Source: a virus
Lineage: Duplodnaviria > Caudoviricetes
Length of the DNA stretch: 64,000 nucleotides
IMG/VR virus record: IMGVR_UViG_2645728028_000002
Span: 1 to 64,000 of that record
Reading direction: 5' to 3' (one strand)
Below the pieces are notes generated by a model, which was not told the origin of the DNA, ran no database searches, and saw only the letters and a program-made list of their open reading frames with translations. Each line of letters begins with the position of its first letter. Position 1 is the first letter of the stretch. Below are positions 48,272 to 58,462 of the stretch, in pieces. The position numbers and the translations under genes were made by a program.

Positions 48272-50518
48272 ATGTCGTTCAGCAGGATTATAAATAAGAC
48301 TCCTTTAAAAAATGAAAAGTCGAATGTTTACTATGTGGATGAAATCAATTCTAAGGTGATTAACGAAGTCATACAGTCGAGATTTATCTCAGAAGGGGTT
48401 TACACTTTAGAACAATTATCTCTATCAGAATACAGCGAAAGATATGTCATATCACCTTCTTTTGATAAACTTCCACTAACAAAATCTGAAAAAGATTGGC
48501 AGTTTGATTATAAGGAGGTGACTGCCTATGAGTTAGAATTATCTAAGCCTTTCTTTCATCCATTAGATACTAAACAAGTTGTTAATCTATTCGAGTTTAT
48601 ATCTAACTTAAAAAATATAACCGTATTAACTCAGGCATTAATATGCAAAAGATGTGATAACTGGCGTGAAATAGCAATCTCAATGTATGAGGATTTCTTA
48701 AAAGGAAATAGCACAGTATCAGAAATCAAATTAATTAGAAATATCCAAGCTAAAACATTGAGCGTGTTGAATAAAATCAGCAATTATGCTATTCAAAAAG
48801 ATCCAATTGAGGAAGTTGAAAATAAAATACTGCAGAACGCATACAGGTTTGAGTGCAGATTTTTATTGCCAGAAGAAAAGCATAGCAATTACTTTGAGAA
48901 AGAGTTGAACAAACAGTTAGATAAAATTGGATTATTTAATGAATTAGTTTTAAGAAAGGTGAACAATAAGAAGCAATTTGTCAAATTTATTGAATATAGA
49001 GAATTTCAGACAGAACTGGTAAATCAATTATTGAGTGAAAGTGAGATATTCAGTTTACTATGCGATACACAAACTAACCCTGTAGCTATAAATGCAAATC
49101 TCAAGCAATCTAAACCAACAAGTATCATTAAAACAATCCAAAAAAATCATTATCTTAATTCAGCCATATCCTTAATGCCAACAAAGCAAAGAGAGGAGGA
49201 GAATGTAAATTCAGAAACACTTGATCAGTTACAGTTTGCTTTTAAGCGTGTAAAGATTACGGATAAGAAATTAAAGATATTAGATGTGTTTCAGGGAACA
49301 ACTTTAATTAAGGTGCAAATGACCATTCCCCAAGATGTGAACTATTCCAGTATTCAAAAAAACCTAAAGAACATTCAGGCTGCATTAGGCAATGAGAATA
49401 TTAGCTTGGAAATTGGGGATAAACCAGACACAATTAACTTTTATCTTCCTAGAGAGAAACGAGATATTTTGTGGCTTAGGAATATTTTAGAGTCAGAGCA
49501 ATTCCAAAAGCATTGTGAGAATGTGGAATTACCATTCATTATTGGTGAGAATACGCATGGGGAATTGTTGTTAGGTTGTCTTGCTGATTTGAAACATATA
49601 TTAGTAGCTGGTGCAACAGGATCAGGAAAAAGCGTATTCCTAAATATATTGTTGATTTGCTTATTAACGTCAGTGCCTCCTGAATTATTAAATATTGTAT
49701 TAGTTGATCCTAAACAAGTTGAATTTACTCAATATGAAGGTTTTCCACAGGTAAGTAAGATTGTTACAAATCCGAATAAAGCAGTTGAGTTAGTTCATTC
49801 TTTATGCGAAGAAATGGAAAAGCGATATAAAATATTGGCAGAGGCAAAGGTGAAGAATATTATCCAATACAATAATAAAAATGAAACTAAGATGCCCTAT
49901 GTAATTTGCATTATAGATGAGTATGCTGACTTGATGATGACAAATAACGAAGTGGAGAATTATGTAGTTAGGCTGAGTCAGAAAGCGAGAGCTGCAGGAA
50001 TTCACTTGGTATTAGCAACACAGAAACCACTGAGCACAATTGTAACCAGTGTATTGAAAGGAAACTTACCCTCAGCAATTAGTTTCAGGTTGAAAACTTC
50101 ATCTGACTATACAACAGTATTTGGTAAGGGGATTCCTTACACATTATTAGGAAAAGGAGATGGGGTGTGTAAGCTAGAAGGGCAACAAAGAGAATATGAA
50201 CGTTTCCAAACTCCTGTAATGACATTAGATGAAAATGAAGAAGAGGAAATTTATGAAAAGCTGAAGGATATGTTTAAAGATGCTCCTGTAATGGATTTTG
50301 AAATTATCAAGGAGGAAAGTCAGATTGATCAATTGAAGAGAATCATTGCTACTCATAATGAAGCCAGAATATCCGAGCTGCAAAAACTAATGGGTATAAG
50401 AATCAATGCCGTATCTGATTTAGTGAAAGAACTGGTTGAAGAAGGCTGGCTTGAGAAACAGGGGAAGCGATATGAAATTGTAGCAGGTGAAGATGAGTTA
50501 TCCAAGTGGAGAGAGTGA
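48272..50518 (+). CDS. FtsK/SpoIIIE-family DNA translocase with C-terminal winged helix
   Basis: HILVAGATGSGKS, VDPK, EMEKRY, IIDEYAD, RAAGIHLVLATQKP, LLGKGDG; C-terminal ARISELQKLMGIRIN...LVEEGWL. Confidence 0.92.
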   Translation: MSFSRIINKTPLKNEKSNVYYVDEINSKVINEVIQSRFISEGVYTLEQLSLSEYSERYVISPSFDKLPLTKSEKDWQFDYKEVTAYELELSKPFFHPLDTKQVVNLFEFISNLKNITVLTQALICKRCDNWREIAISMYEDFLKGNSTVSEIKLIRNIQAKTLSVLNKISNYAIQKDPIEEVENKILQNAYRFECRFLLPEEKHSNYFEKELNKQLDKIGLFNELVLRKVNNKKQFVKFIEYREFQTELVNQLLSESEIFSLLCDTQTNPVAINANLKQSKPTSIIKTIQKNHYLNSAISLMPTKQREEENVNSETLDQLQFAFKRVKITDKKLKILDVFQGTTLIKVQMTIPQDVNYSSIQKNLKNIQAALGNENISLEIGDKPDTINFYLPREKRDILWLRNILESEQFQKHCENVELPFIIGENTHGELLLGCLADLKHILVAGATGSGKSVFLNILLICLLTSVPPELLNIVLVDPKQVEFTQYEGFPQVSKIVTNPNKAVELVHSLCEEMEKRYKILAEAKVKNIIQYNNKNETKMPYVICIIDEYADLMMTNNEVENYVVRLSQKARAAGIHLVLATQKPLSTIVTSVLKGNLPSAISFRLKTSSDYTTVFGKGIPYTLLGKGDGVCKLEGQQREYERFQTPVMTLDENEEEEIYEKLKDMFKDAPVMDFEIIKEESQIDQLKRIIATHNEARISELQKLMGIRINAVSDLVKELVEEGWLEKQGKRYEIVAGEDELSKWRE

Positions 50519-50745
50519 TGCAGATTTAACGTGTCACTCTTTTCTGTTTTAAGATGTCTTATGGTTCGATACAGTAGAGTTTTAGAGTTGCGAGTGTATT
50601 TGTTAGGGTTGATGGGAAAACACTTAATTTCGTATTATATGGAGTTAAAATAATTATATTAAATTATTAACTTTTATATTGACTTATAATATTAAATAAT
50701 TTAATATAAAAGTAAGTTAAAATTTTAACGGAAGGAGGGGATAAA

Positions 50746-50919
50746 GTGTTGAGTGGAATGGAATTAAAGTTGAAGCGAATTATGAAAGGCATCAAAGCCT
50801 CAGAGATAGCCAAGCTGTTAGGAGTATCAAATGCTTTTGTTACATATATGGAGCAGGGAGAAAGAAAAATACCTAATGATAAATACATACAATGGGTAAA
50901 TTATTTAGAAGTTAAATAA
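50746..50919 (+). CDS. Cro/XRE-like HTH protein (57 aa, not in ORF track)
   Basis: GGAGGGG RBS, GTG start; LKLKRIMKGIKASEIAKLLGVSNAFVTYMEQGERKIP; operator copies upstream. Confidence 0.8.
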   Translation: MLSGMELKLKRIMKGIKASEIAKLLGVSNAFVTYMEQGERKIPNDKYIQWVNYLEVK

Positions 50920-50937
50920 AAATAGGAGAGTGAGAGA

Positions 50938-53121
50938 ATGGAAGAAATTATTGAATTGAAAATTGTCCCTGTCAGAGAGTTTTTCCACAACAATGATTAT
51001 GGTATTTATGTTTGCGAAACTGATGAGCCGAATAAAGTAATGCTTAATAAATTCCATAATAATTTTTCAATGAAGGGCAATACATTCAAGTTAAAGTTAG
51101 ATAAAGAATATAATGCAAAATTGGTTGAGCGTGAGGATAAAAAATACGGCACATATTATGAAATTGTATCTATCTTTGAGAATATGCCAACAGGCAAGGA
51201 TCAGCAAAGAGGATATTTGTTAAGTGTCCTAACTGAGAAACAGGTTAATGCTATTTATAAAGCATATCCAGACGAGGATATTATTGAACTATTCAAGACA
51301 GACAAGTTTGATGTGAACAGGGTAAAAGGAATTGGAGAAAAATCTTATGTGAAGGTTAGGGATAAGATTATTGAAAACTTGGAGTTTCAGCAAGCTTTTG
51401 AATTCCTCAGTCAATATGGAGTTACGAATAACCTGATTATCAAACTGGTAAAACATTTTAAATCTGCAGGATTGTTAATAAAAAAGATGAAAGAGAATCC
51501 TTATTCGATTACTGATATATCGGGAATTGGATATAAAAAAGCTGACACTATAGCAATGAGCATGGGTTACGATCCAAGTGGTGAATTCAGAATTGACGCT
51601 GCTATCGAATATGTAGTTGAAGAAGAAAGCAATAAAGGTAACACTTATGTAACTACAGACAAATTAGTTTTCCAAGTAGAGGACTTGATCAGTGTTGCGG
51701 AGTCATTAATAAATAATCAAATAAAAAATACTTCTAATCTAATTGTATCAGGTGATAGAGTTGCATTAAAGAAAAATTACGATGCGGAAAAGTTTATCTC
51801 TAAGAAATTGAAATCAATTTTAAAAAACAGCTCTTCTCTTAATTTTGATGTTGAGAAATTCATCTTAGATCAAGAAGAGAAAAGAGGTATAAAATTAACA
51901 GACCAGCAAAAATCGTTTTTCTATAATATTAAGGATCATAATGTTAACTTACTTGTTGGTTACGCTGGAACTGGTAAAAGCCAATTAACTGCCTTACTTA
52001 TTGACTTATTAGAGCAATTGAAAATTGGTTATAAGCTCACAAGTCCAACCGGAAAAGCAGCTAAGGTAGTTAGCAATTATACAAATAGAACGGCTGAAAC
52101 CCTTCACAGAGCAATAGGCTTAGGGCGTGAAGGAAGAGAAGATGAAATTAAGTATATTGAAGAAGAATTTGTAATTGTTGATGAAACATCAATGGTTGAT
52201 GTCCAATTGTGCTCAAAACTATTAAAAAAATGTAATAATGAAAATTTAAGAATTTTGTTTATTGGGGATGATTTTCAAATCGCTTCAATTGGGGCAGGCA
52301 GGTTACTATATGATCTGATACAAAGCAACAGGATTCCAACTACCAAAATTGATATCGTTTTCCGTCAAAAAGAAAATAGCATACTCGATATAGCAACAAA
52401 AATCAGACAAGGTAAGAAGTTTCTTAATAATAGTGATGAAGGAATATTTAAGTTTAGTGAAAATTGCATAGTAGCAAGTGTGCCACAAGATAAAATGGAG
52501 GGCGGATATAAGTACTATCTTAAAGAGATGCTAAATTCTTTCTCCAGTGATGAGATTACTATTACTACCCCTACTAAAAAGTCAAAGTTGGGTACAGTTG
52601 AAATAAATAAGCATACTCAGGAATCTGTAAATCCGAATGATGGATCTAAGATAGAAAAACAATTTGGATATGATGGTGTTGTGTTTAGAGAAGGAGACTT
52701 GGTTATTAATGCAAAGAATACCTATAGAATACAAGATATTCACTCAAATGAAATTGATATAGTTAACGGTGATGTTGGAAAAATAATAAAGATTGATCTA
52801 GAAGAAGAGGAAATATGGGTTGATTTTGATTTTGCTACAATCCCATTTGACTACGCCATGTTAGGGCAATTGCTTCATTGTTGGTCTATGACGATACACA
52901 AAATGCAGGGATCTTCTAATAAAGCCATCTGTGTAATTGCGGATAAGGCGCATAAATTTCAATTAAATGCAAACCTACTTTACACTGCTGTCACAAGAAG
53001 CGTTGATTATCTTGTAATATTAAGTCAAGCATCCACTATCAATTTCGCATTAAAGAAGATTGCTAGTTTACAAAGAGATACATTTTTAGGTGAATTTTTA
53101 AGGGAGGATGGAGATGCCTAA
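50938..53121 (+). CDS. recD2: RecD2-like SF1B helicase
   Basis: HhH VKGIG, GYAGTGKS, SPTGKAA, VDETSM, GDDFQ, FRQ, TIHKMQG, LYTAVTR. Confidence 0.9.
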   Translation: MEEIIELKIVPVREFFHNNDYGIYVCETDEPNKVMLNKFHNNFSMKGNTFKLKLDKEYNAKLVEREDKKYGTYYEIVSIFENMPTGKDQQRGYLLSVLTEKQVNAIYKAYPDEDIIELFKTDKFDVNRVKGIGEKSYVKVRDKIIENLEFQQAFEFLSQYGVTNNLIIKLVKHFKSAGLLIKKMKENPYSITDISGIGYKKADTIAMSMGYDPSGEFRIDAAIEYVVEEESNKGNTYVTTDKLVFQVEDLISVAESLINNQIKNTSNLIVSGDRVALKKNYDAEKFISKKLKSILKNSSSLNFDVEKFILDQEEKRGIKLTDQQKSFFYNIKDHNVNLLVGYAGTGKSQLTALLIDLLEQLKIGYKLTSPTGKAAKVVSNYTNRTAETLHRAIGLGREGREDEIKYIEEEFVIVDETSMVDVQLCSKLLKKCNNENLRILFIGDDFQIASIGAGRLLYDLIQSNRIPTTKIDIVFRQKENSILDIATKIRQGKKFLNNSDEGIFKFSENCIVASVPQDKMEGGYKYYLKEMLNSFSSDEITITTPTKKSKLGTVEINKHTQESVNPNDGSKIEKQFGYDGVVFREGDLVINAKNTYRIQDIHSNEIDIVNGDVGKIIKIDLEEEEIWVDFDFATIPFDYAMLGQLLHCWSMTIHKMQGSSNKAICVIADKAHKFQLNANLLYTAVTRSVDYLVILSQASTINFALKKIASLQRDTFLGEFLREDGDA

Positions 53122-53905
53122 ATTTATTGATTTGACTGGAGAAAAGTTTGGGAAACTGACGGTGAAATACAAAATTGATACTGACTCGAACCGCACGTTC
53201 TGGTTCTGTGAGTGTGATTGCGGTGGAAAGAAAGAGGCTAGGTCAGATGCATTAAGGAATGGAACAACTACTCATTGTGGATGTGTTGGTTTAGGTACAC
53301 ACAATAAAACGGGTCATAGGTTGTTTAATATTTGGCAAGGTATGAAGGATCGTTGCTACAATACAAACAGTAAAGATTACAACAGATACGGTGGTAGAGG
53401 AATTGAAGTGTGTCAAGAATGGATAGATGACTTTATGAACTTTTACAATTGGGCAATGGAGAATGGTTATAATCACTCTTTGTCTATAGACCGAGTTAAT
53501 GTCAATAGAAATTACGAACCTAACAATTGTAAATGGGCTACTCCAGAAGAACAAGCAAACAACACAAGAAAAAATAATTTAATCAAGGTAAACGGAGAGG
53601 TTAAATCAGTATCTCAATGGGCAAGAATTTCAGGTGTTTCAAGATATGTAATTAAGAAAAGGTATGCTGAAGGTGTTAGAGGTAGTGATTTGTTTCTCCC
53701 AGTTGAGGAAATAAAAGCTCAATATCAATCGGGAGTACCTTATATTAAGTGGGATAAGAAAAAGGAGAGATGGAGAACAGAAGTTAAATATAATGGGAAA
53801 AAGCATTTTGTTGGAAATATTAAAGACCTAGATGATGCAATTAATAAGCAAAATGAATTCAAAGAAAGATTAATTAAACAAAGGGAGGAGGGAGAGGTTG
53901 AATGA
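53108..53905 (+). CDS. HNH-type homing endonuclease with AP2-like C-terminus
   Basis: DLTGEKFGKL..CECDCG; YGGRGI..W; SIDRVNVNRNYEPNNCKWAT; SGVPYIKW..RWR. Confidence 0.85.
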   Translation: MEMPKFIDLTGEKFGKLTVKYKIDTDSNRTFWFCECDCGGKKEARSDALRNGTTTHCGCVGLGTHNKTGHRLFNIWQGMKDRCYNTNSKDYNRYGGRGIEVCQEWIDDFMNFYNWAMENGYNHSLSIDRVNVNRNYEPNNCKWATPEEQANNTRKNNLIKVNGEVKSVSQWARISGVSRYVIKKRYAEGVRGSDLFLPVEEIKAQYQSGVPYIKWDKKKERWRTEVKYNGKKHFVGNIKDLDDAINKQNEFKERLIKQREEGEVE

Positions 53906-54683
53906 TTTTAGAAAATACCTTCAGGTAAATGAATATCAAAATAAAATATACATACCTAATGAAATATTCAATGATCTAAGAGTGCTGCATAATAAAGGAA
54001 GTAGTCATGTAGCATTTACTTACTCATATTATTATTTGATCAGTTGGCTGTATAGGTATGCTAAGTATGGTGAATTGAATATTGATGTGAAAATGATTAA
54101 GCAATTGTTAGGATATAGTCCAGAAAATAAAAAGGTTAACTATTTGATAAAGAAAAATGGATTCCTTGATGAGATTGGCTATACCTGCACAGATACAGAT
54201 TATCCTTTAAGTTGGAATTTTAATGGTGGAGATATTAATTTTATGATGCTTAGTGATATGGATGAGGATGTAAGGAATCTCCTGATTAAGCAGAAGGGTA
54301 AAAATTATAAAGTTAAAGTTCCAGTTAAAGGATTATGGAGAACAGTAGATAGTGAGAAAGAGAATGTATGGGATGGAACATTCTATGATATTGAATATAC
54401 ACATGAGTTGAACTTTGATGTATTTGTAAAATGTATAGAGAATGATCAGTTAGGAGTAAGTGGGTTTTACCTTTATGGTTATTTGAAATACAGGTGTGAT
54501 AAATTTAATGAGTATCATGCTTCAATTGAACGAATTTCGGAAGAGGTAGGAATGAGTAAAAATACTGCAGATAAATATTTAACTAAACTATGCTTATCTG
54601 GATTATTAAAATATAAAGAGAATGATTGTGTAAAGGTTGAAGGTGAGTATAAGAAACAGGCTAATAGTTATTCTATTGCCTGA
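53898..54683 (+). CDS. Winged-helix DNA-binding protein, possible replication initiator
   Basis: C-terminal SIERISEEVGMSKNTADKYLTKL..GLL...NSY; followed by an AT-rich inverted repeat. Confidence 0.5.
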   Translation: MNDFRKYLQVNEYQNKIYIPNEIFNDLRVLHNKGSSHVAFTYSYYYLISWLYRYAKYGELNIDVKMIKQLLGYSPENKKVNYLIKKNGFLDEIGYTCTDTDYPLSWNFNGGDINFMMLSDMDEDVRNLLIKQKGKNYKVKVPVKGLWRTVDSEKENVWDGTFYDIEYTHELNFDVFVKCIENDQLGVSGFYLYGYLKYRCDKFNEYHASIERISEEVGMSKNTADKYLTKLCLSGLLKYKENDCVKVEGEYKKQANSYSIA

Positions 54684-54700
54684 TTTATTTTATGAAAATT

Positions 54701-54803
54701 AAAAAGGTTATCTTTTTGGGTGATTAAAGAATATAGTTAATAATAAATATATTAATAGTTATATAAATTATATTATAAGATATCCCAAATTGTTAACCTT
54801 TTT
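54701..54803. repeat. Inverted repeat flanking an AT-rich spacer (origin-like)
   Basis: AAAAAGGTTA..TTTGGG ... CCCAAA..TAACCTTTTT around about 60 bp of mostly A/T. Confidence 0.55.
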
Positions 54804-54859
54804 GAAAATTGAATTATGAGCGTAAAAAAAATAAGGGTAATTTTTGGGTAAGAGGTAGC

Positions 54860-55900
54860 TAATATGCTGCCTTTTTTGTTTTGGATTAAAAATATGCCCC
54901 CTATAGGCATGTGGGAGGGCAAATTAGGGTGAAATTTGTGTAGTCGTAGTGTGAATTTTGAGGTTGGATGATAAAAGTGTACGATTGCTGGATTGTCGTG
55001 AGAGTGTGTAGGAGATTGATATAAGGGTGTGAAAATAGGGGATAGAATTAGATGTATCAAGGGATTGGAAGGTGTTATATGGATTGATATGGGAGTGTGA
55101 TGATGTGTGTAGGGTAGGTGTAATCGTGTAAATGTAGATGGGATAAGGGATTGAGGGATGGTAAGGATGGATTATAGGTATTATTGAGTGAAAATGAGTA
55201 TGAATAGGATAAGGAGAGGAATCCAGTATTATCAAGGGATTGAGTCGTGTCGGGACGATTGATCAGACGAGTGAAAATTAGTGAGAAAATGGAATATATG
55301 GATAATCCATTATCGGGAAAAATACTGTGGTGTGGAAATGGAAGTGCTAGGCTTCAGAATGAGAACGGGTGTACGCATTTAGATGTAAAATAACCCCCCC
55401 CTTAATTGCCTATATAAGATTCATTCCACCGTTTTAGTTTGTAATTACTGCTATTTTTACCTATTTCTACCCAATACACTAGCAATCCAGCCAATTAAGC
55501 AGCTATTCAAAAATTTAAACTATAATTTATCCATATTTTAACCAGTGTTTACCGTTCCTTCCTGCTTAATCATTAGATAACATAACATTATGACACGATG
55601 TCATTATATAAGTATTTGATTATATGTTTATCATTATCACTTTACATAGTTTTTAATACTACATGTAACTATGCAAGATTCTTCATACTGTCCAATATAG
55701 TCCTATTCATACCATGCAATATTTTTCATACTCATTCAGTTGCTCATAATTATTTTATATTCACCTAATCACACCAATACAAATTAATCAATCATTCCTA
55801 CTTATCCACAACTTACTAACAATTGTTAACAACTATCTGCTCACTATCTACCCTAATCATTTATATTTAATCCTATACACTCATATATTAGCGGATAAAA
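54860..55900. other. Non-coding region with abrupt G-rich to C-rich strand switch at ~55390
   Basis: The + strand is strongly C-poor over 54900-55380 and G-poor after AAAATAACCCCCCCC (55387-55401). Confidence 0.7.
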
Positions 55901-55936
55901 TAAACTTGTATTTCTCCAAATTATTTTACATATTTA

Positions 55937-55967
55937 TATTGAATTATTTCATATTGTGTGCTATAAT
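55937..55967 (+). promoter_or_regulatory. Early SigA promoter with operator over the -35
   Basis: TTGAAT-17bp-TATAAT with TG extension; TATTGAATTATTTCATA. Confidence 0.7.
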
Positions 55968-56001
55968 TAACTTAATCAAATAAATACATATACTTTAAGG
56001 A

Positions 56002-56490
56002 GTGAATACAATGTATAAAATACCTTGTAAAAACTGCAAAGGACATGGGGTACTAAACAACTTTAAACATGTTCAAGACGGTATTTGTTTCAAATGTTCT
56101 GGGTCAGGTTATCAGGAAGCAAGCAAAGAAGAATATGAGAACTATAAACAGTTTGAAGAAATGCAGAAACAAGGAAAATACATTGTATTCAATAATGGTA
56201 AAACTGAATTATTCCAAAATGAAAAGAAAATTTTCGCACAATATGGAAACTTTTTCACTGGTGAATATGGTAACTATTCAGTAAAAATTAATTACAAAAA
56301 TGAAAACATTATCTATACAAGACATACAATAAATTCAGATGAATTTATAAGAGCAGTAAAGAATGAATACAACAATAAGTTAAATAAAAAGATAATTAAA
56401 TTTAAAAAACAATTAGAAGATGAGTTAGATCAAGAATGGATTGAATTATTAAATAAAAAAATAAAGCAGCTTGAAAGCCAGCTAATATAA
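56002..56490 (+). CDS. Early hypothetical protein with CxxCxGxG zinc finger
   Basis: CKNCKGHG...CFKCSGSG. Confidence 0.7.
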   Translation: MNTMYKIPCKNCKGHGVLNNFKHVQDGICFKCSGSGYQEASKEEYENYKQFEEMQKQGKYIVFNNGKTELFQNEKKIFAQYGNFFTGEYGNYSVKINYKNENIIYTRHTINSDEFIRAVKNEYNNKLNKKIIKFKKQLEDELDQEWIELLNKKIKQLESQLI

Positions 56491-56536
56491 ATTAGTTAGG
56501 CTTTTATTTTTTCTTTATATATATTTATCGTTTTTT

Positions 56537-56567
56537 TATTGAATTATTTTATATTAAATGTTATAAT
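56537..56567 (+). promoter_or_regulatory. Early SigA promoter with operator
   Basis: TTGAAT-17bp-TATAAT; TATTGAATTATTTTATA. Confidence 0.7.
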
Positions 56568-56617
56568 GAGTGTAACGATAAGTTAATCAAATAAGCAACT
56601 TTAAAGGAGCGGATATC

Positions 56618-57889
56618 ATGACAACTTCAACACCTGTTTACAACCTTTCAACAGTCACTTTCACTCAGGACTCTAACCAGCCATACATACTAAACATTAC
56701 AGCGTTAAACGACTTTTATAATACTATTAAGATAGGATCTTTCAACTTTTATCACAAAGCTGGTTATATCAAGTTACCAAACGGCACAACAAAGGAATAT
56801 AAACAATTCAACTCTTTACTAAACGCATTCTTTAAAATTGATCCTATGTTTGGCTACACTATTACAGGTATAGAGGCAGCAAAGGCAGCAGGAAATAAAA
56901 TGATTAAAGAAGAAAAGAAGCAAGCTGAAAAGGATTTTAAAGAACTTCAAATAAATAAAGCAAATGATTACTTAAACAAAGTAACTAATAAAGATAAAAC
57001 AACTTTAAAGAACTTAAGGATCTTTGCAGATAAAACAGACTCCGAACTATTAGAAGTAATTAATAATACATTTAAAAATGCTATTTCTAAAAAGTTAGCT
57101 GCAGATATCCTAAACGCAATCAAAGAAGCATTACAACCAGTTGAGGAAAATATTCCTGCTGAAACAACTAACACAATAGAAAATAATCAAACAACTGAAC
57201 AAAAAGAATCTTATGTAGTTGCTAACCGTTCATTCACTTCTTATGATGCAGCTTATCAGTATTGTATAGAATCAGACTTCGAACCAGAAACAATGATAAT
57301 AAAGGAGGTTGCTACTCAGCAACCTTCCCAAACTAAACCAGATCAAACAAATAAACCTGCTGAGCCTGTAACATACCATTTCTACAAACAAACGTTTAAT
57401 ACTTACATGGAGGCTTATAATTACGCTTTAAATAATATGTCACCTGTAACTATGGTTATTGCTTCAGTTCATCCATACATGACTAATGAGAGGCTTCAGC
57501 AGCTGGAAAAAGAATATATCTTTAGTAAAATGAATATGTCTCTAGAGGACATGAAAGAGTATTTTAAATATATATCTGAATTACCCGATACACTTGATAA
57601 GGAAGACAGATATTATAAACTAAAGTCATGGATAGAGAGAAAAGAAAATAAAATAAAATCAATTGTAGCAACTAAACAGAGGCAAAAAGAACAAGCAATA
57701 GAAATAGATAACATGTTCAATGATTTGTATTCAATAGGAATGAATAAGAAAGAGTATTCAGATCTAGTTGTTTACACTTTAAACGGTGAAAAAATATATA
57801 GCTGGTCTTCAGGTATAGCAATAGAGAAAATGTACAATGAGCTATTAGAAGTACATTCTAAACACTTTAAAAAGCCCGCAACGGCTTAA
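56618..57889 (+). CDS. Early hypothetical protein with an internal duplicated module
   Basis: 423 aa; F.SY..AY.Y repeat occurs twice; own promoter and terminator. Confidence 0.7.
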   Translation: MTTSTPVYNLSTVTFTQDSNQPYILNITALNDFYNTIKIGSFNFYHKAGYIKLPNGTTKEYKQFNSLLNAFFKIDPMFGYTITGIEAAKAAGNKMIKEEKKQAEKDFKELQINKANDYLNKVTNKDKTTLKNLRIFADKTDSELLEVINNTFKNAISKKLAADILNAIKEALQPVEENIPAETTNTIENNQTTEQKESYVVANRSFTSYDAAYQYCIESDFEPETMIIKEVATQQPSQTKPDQTNKPAEPVTYHFYKQTFNTYMEAYNYALNNMSPVTMVIASVHPYMTNERLQQLEKEYIFSKMNMSLEDMKEYFKYISELPDTLDKEDRYYKLKSWIERKENKIKSIVATKQRQKEQAIEIDNMFNDLYSIGMNKKEYSDLVVYTLNGEKIYSWSSGIAIEKMYNELLEVHSKHFKKPATA

Positions 57890-57975
57890 AATAACCAAAC
57901 TAATACAATTATATAGAGGAGGTTGTAAAGCCTTCTCTATATCCTAAACAACTAATAAGAAAGGAGACACATCAC

Positions 57976-58068
57976 ATGTTAAAACAACTCATCCAACAAA
58001 ATACATACACTTTCACTATTGCAGCTCTAGCCATTGCAGCCCAAACATTCCTATATTTCACACTGTAA
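57976..58068 (+). CDS. 30 aa hydrophobic peptide (not in ORF track)
   Basis: AAGGAG RBS; MLKQLIQQNTYTFTIAALAIAAQTFLYFTL. Confidence 0.5.
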   Translation: MLKQLIQQNTYTFTIAALAIAAQTFLYFTL

Positions 58069-58206
58069 TATTAACCTTATCCATATCAAAATAAATTAAT
58101 CAAACAACACAAAAATACTATACAAATTATTCTAACCATGTTATAATAAAGATAGTTAAAAGGTAGCCAAAATTACATACCCTTTGAGGGTTCGGGAGGA
58201 ATTCAC

Positions 58207-58437
58207 ATGTTAACTATTAAAGGTTTATCACCTAAACAAAATGAATTAGTAAATGCATCTCTAAACTTTAAAGAATCTGATCAACCTAAAAGAATTTTCC
58301 CTTATTGCCTTGGTACTGTAATTATTGAAACTAATAGCGAAAAATATTTCACAATTAAATATGACGGAACTATTAATAATACTACAAGTAAAATCTTAGC
58401 TGACTTTCATGATTTACCTTTATATACATTCTGCTAA
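58207..58437 (+). CDS. Hypothetical protein
   Basis: 76 aa, GGGAGG RBS. Confidence 0.65.
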   Translation: MLTIKGLSPKQNELVNASLNFKESDQPKRIFPYCLGTVIIETNSEKYFTIKYDGTINNTTSKILADFHDLPLYTFC

Positions 58438-58462
58438 AGATAAGAAAGGAGTAAAATTTTTA

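Noticed and set aside
50667-50888. 73 aa minus-strand ORF
   Set aside because: Antisense to the better-supported Cro-like HTH gene at 50746-50919.
54773-55235. Minus-strand ORFs of 95 and 103 aa (His/Pro/Ile-rich)
   Set aside because: Composition is a by-product of the strand skew; no RBS or recognisable domain.
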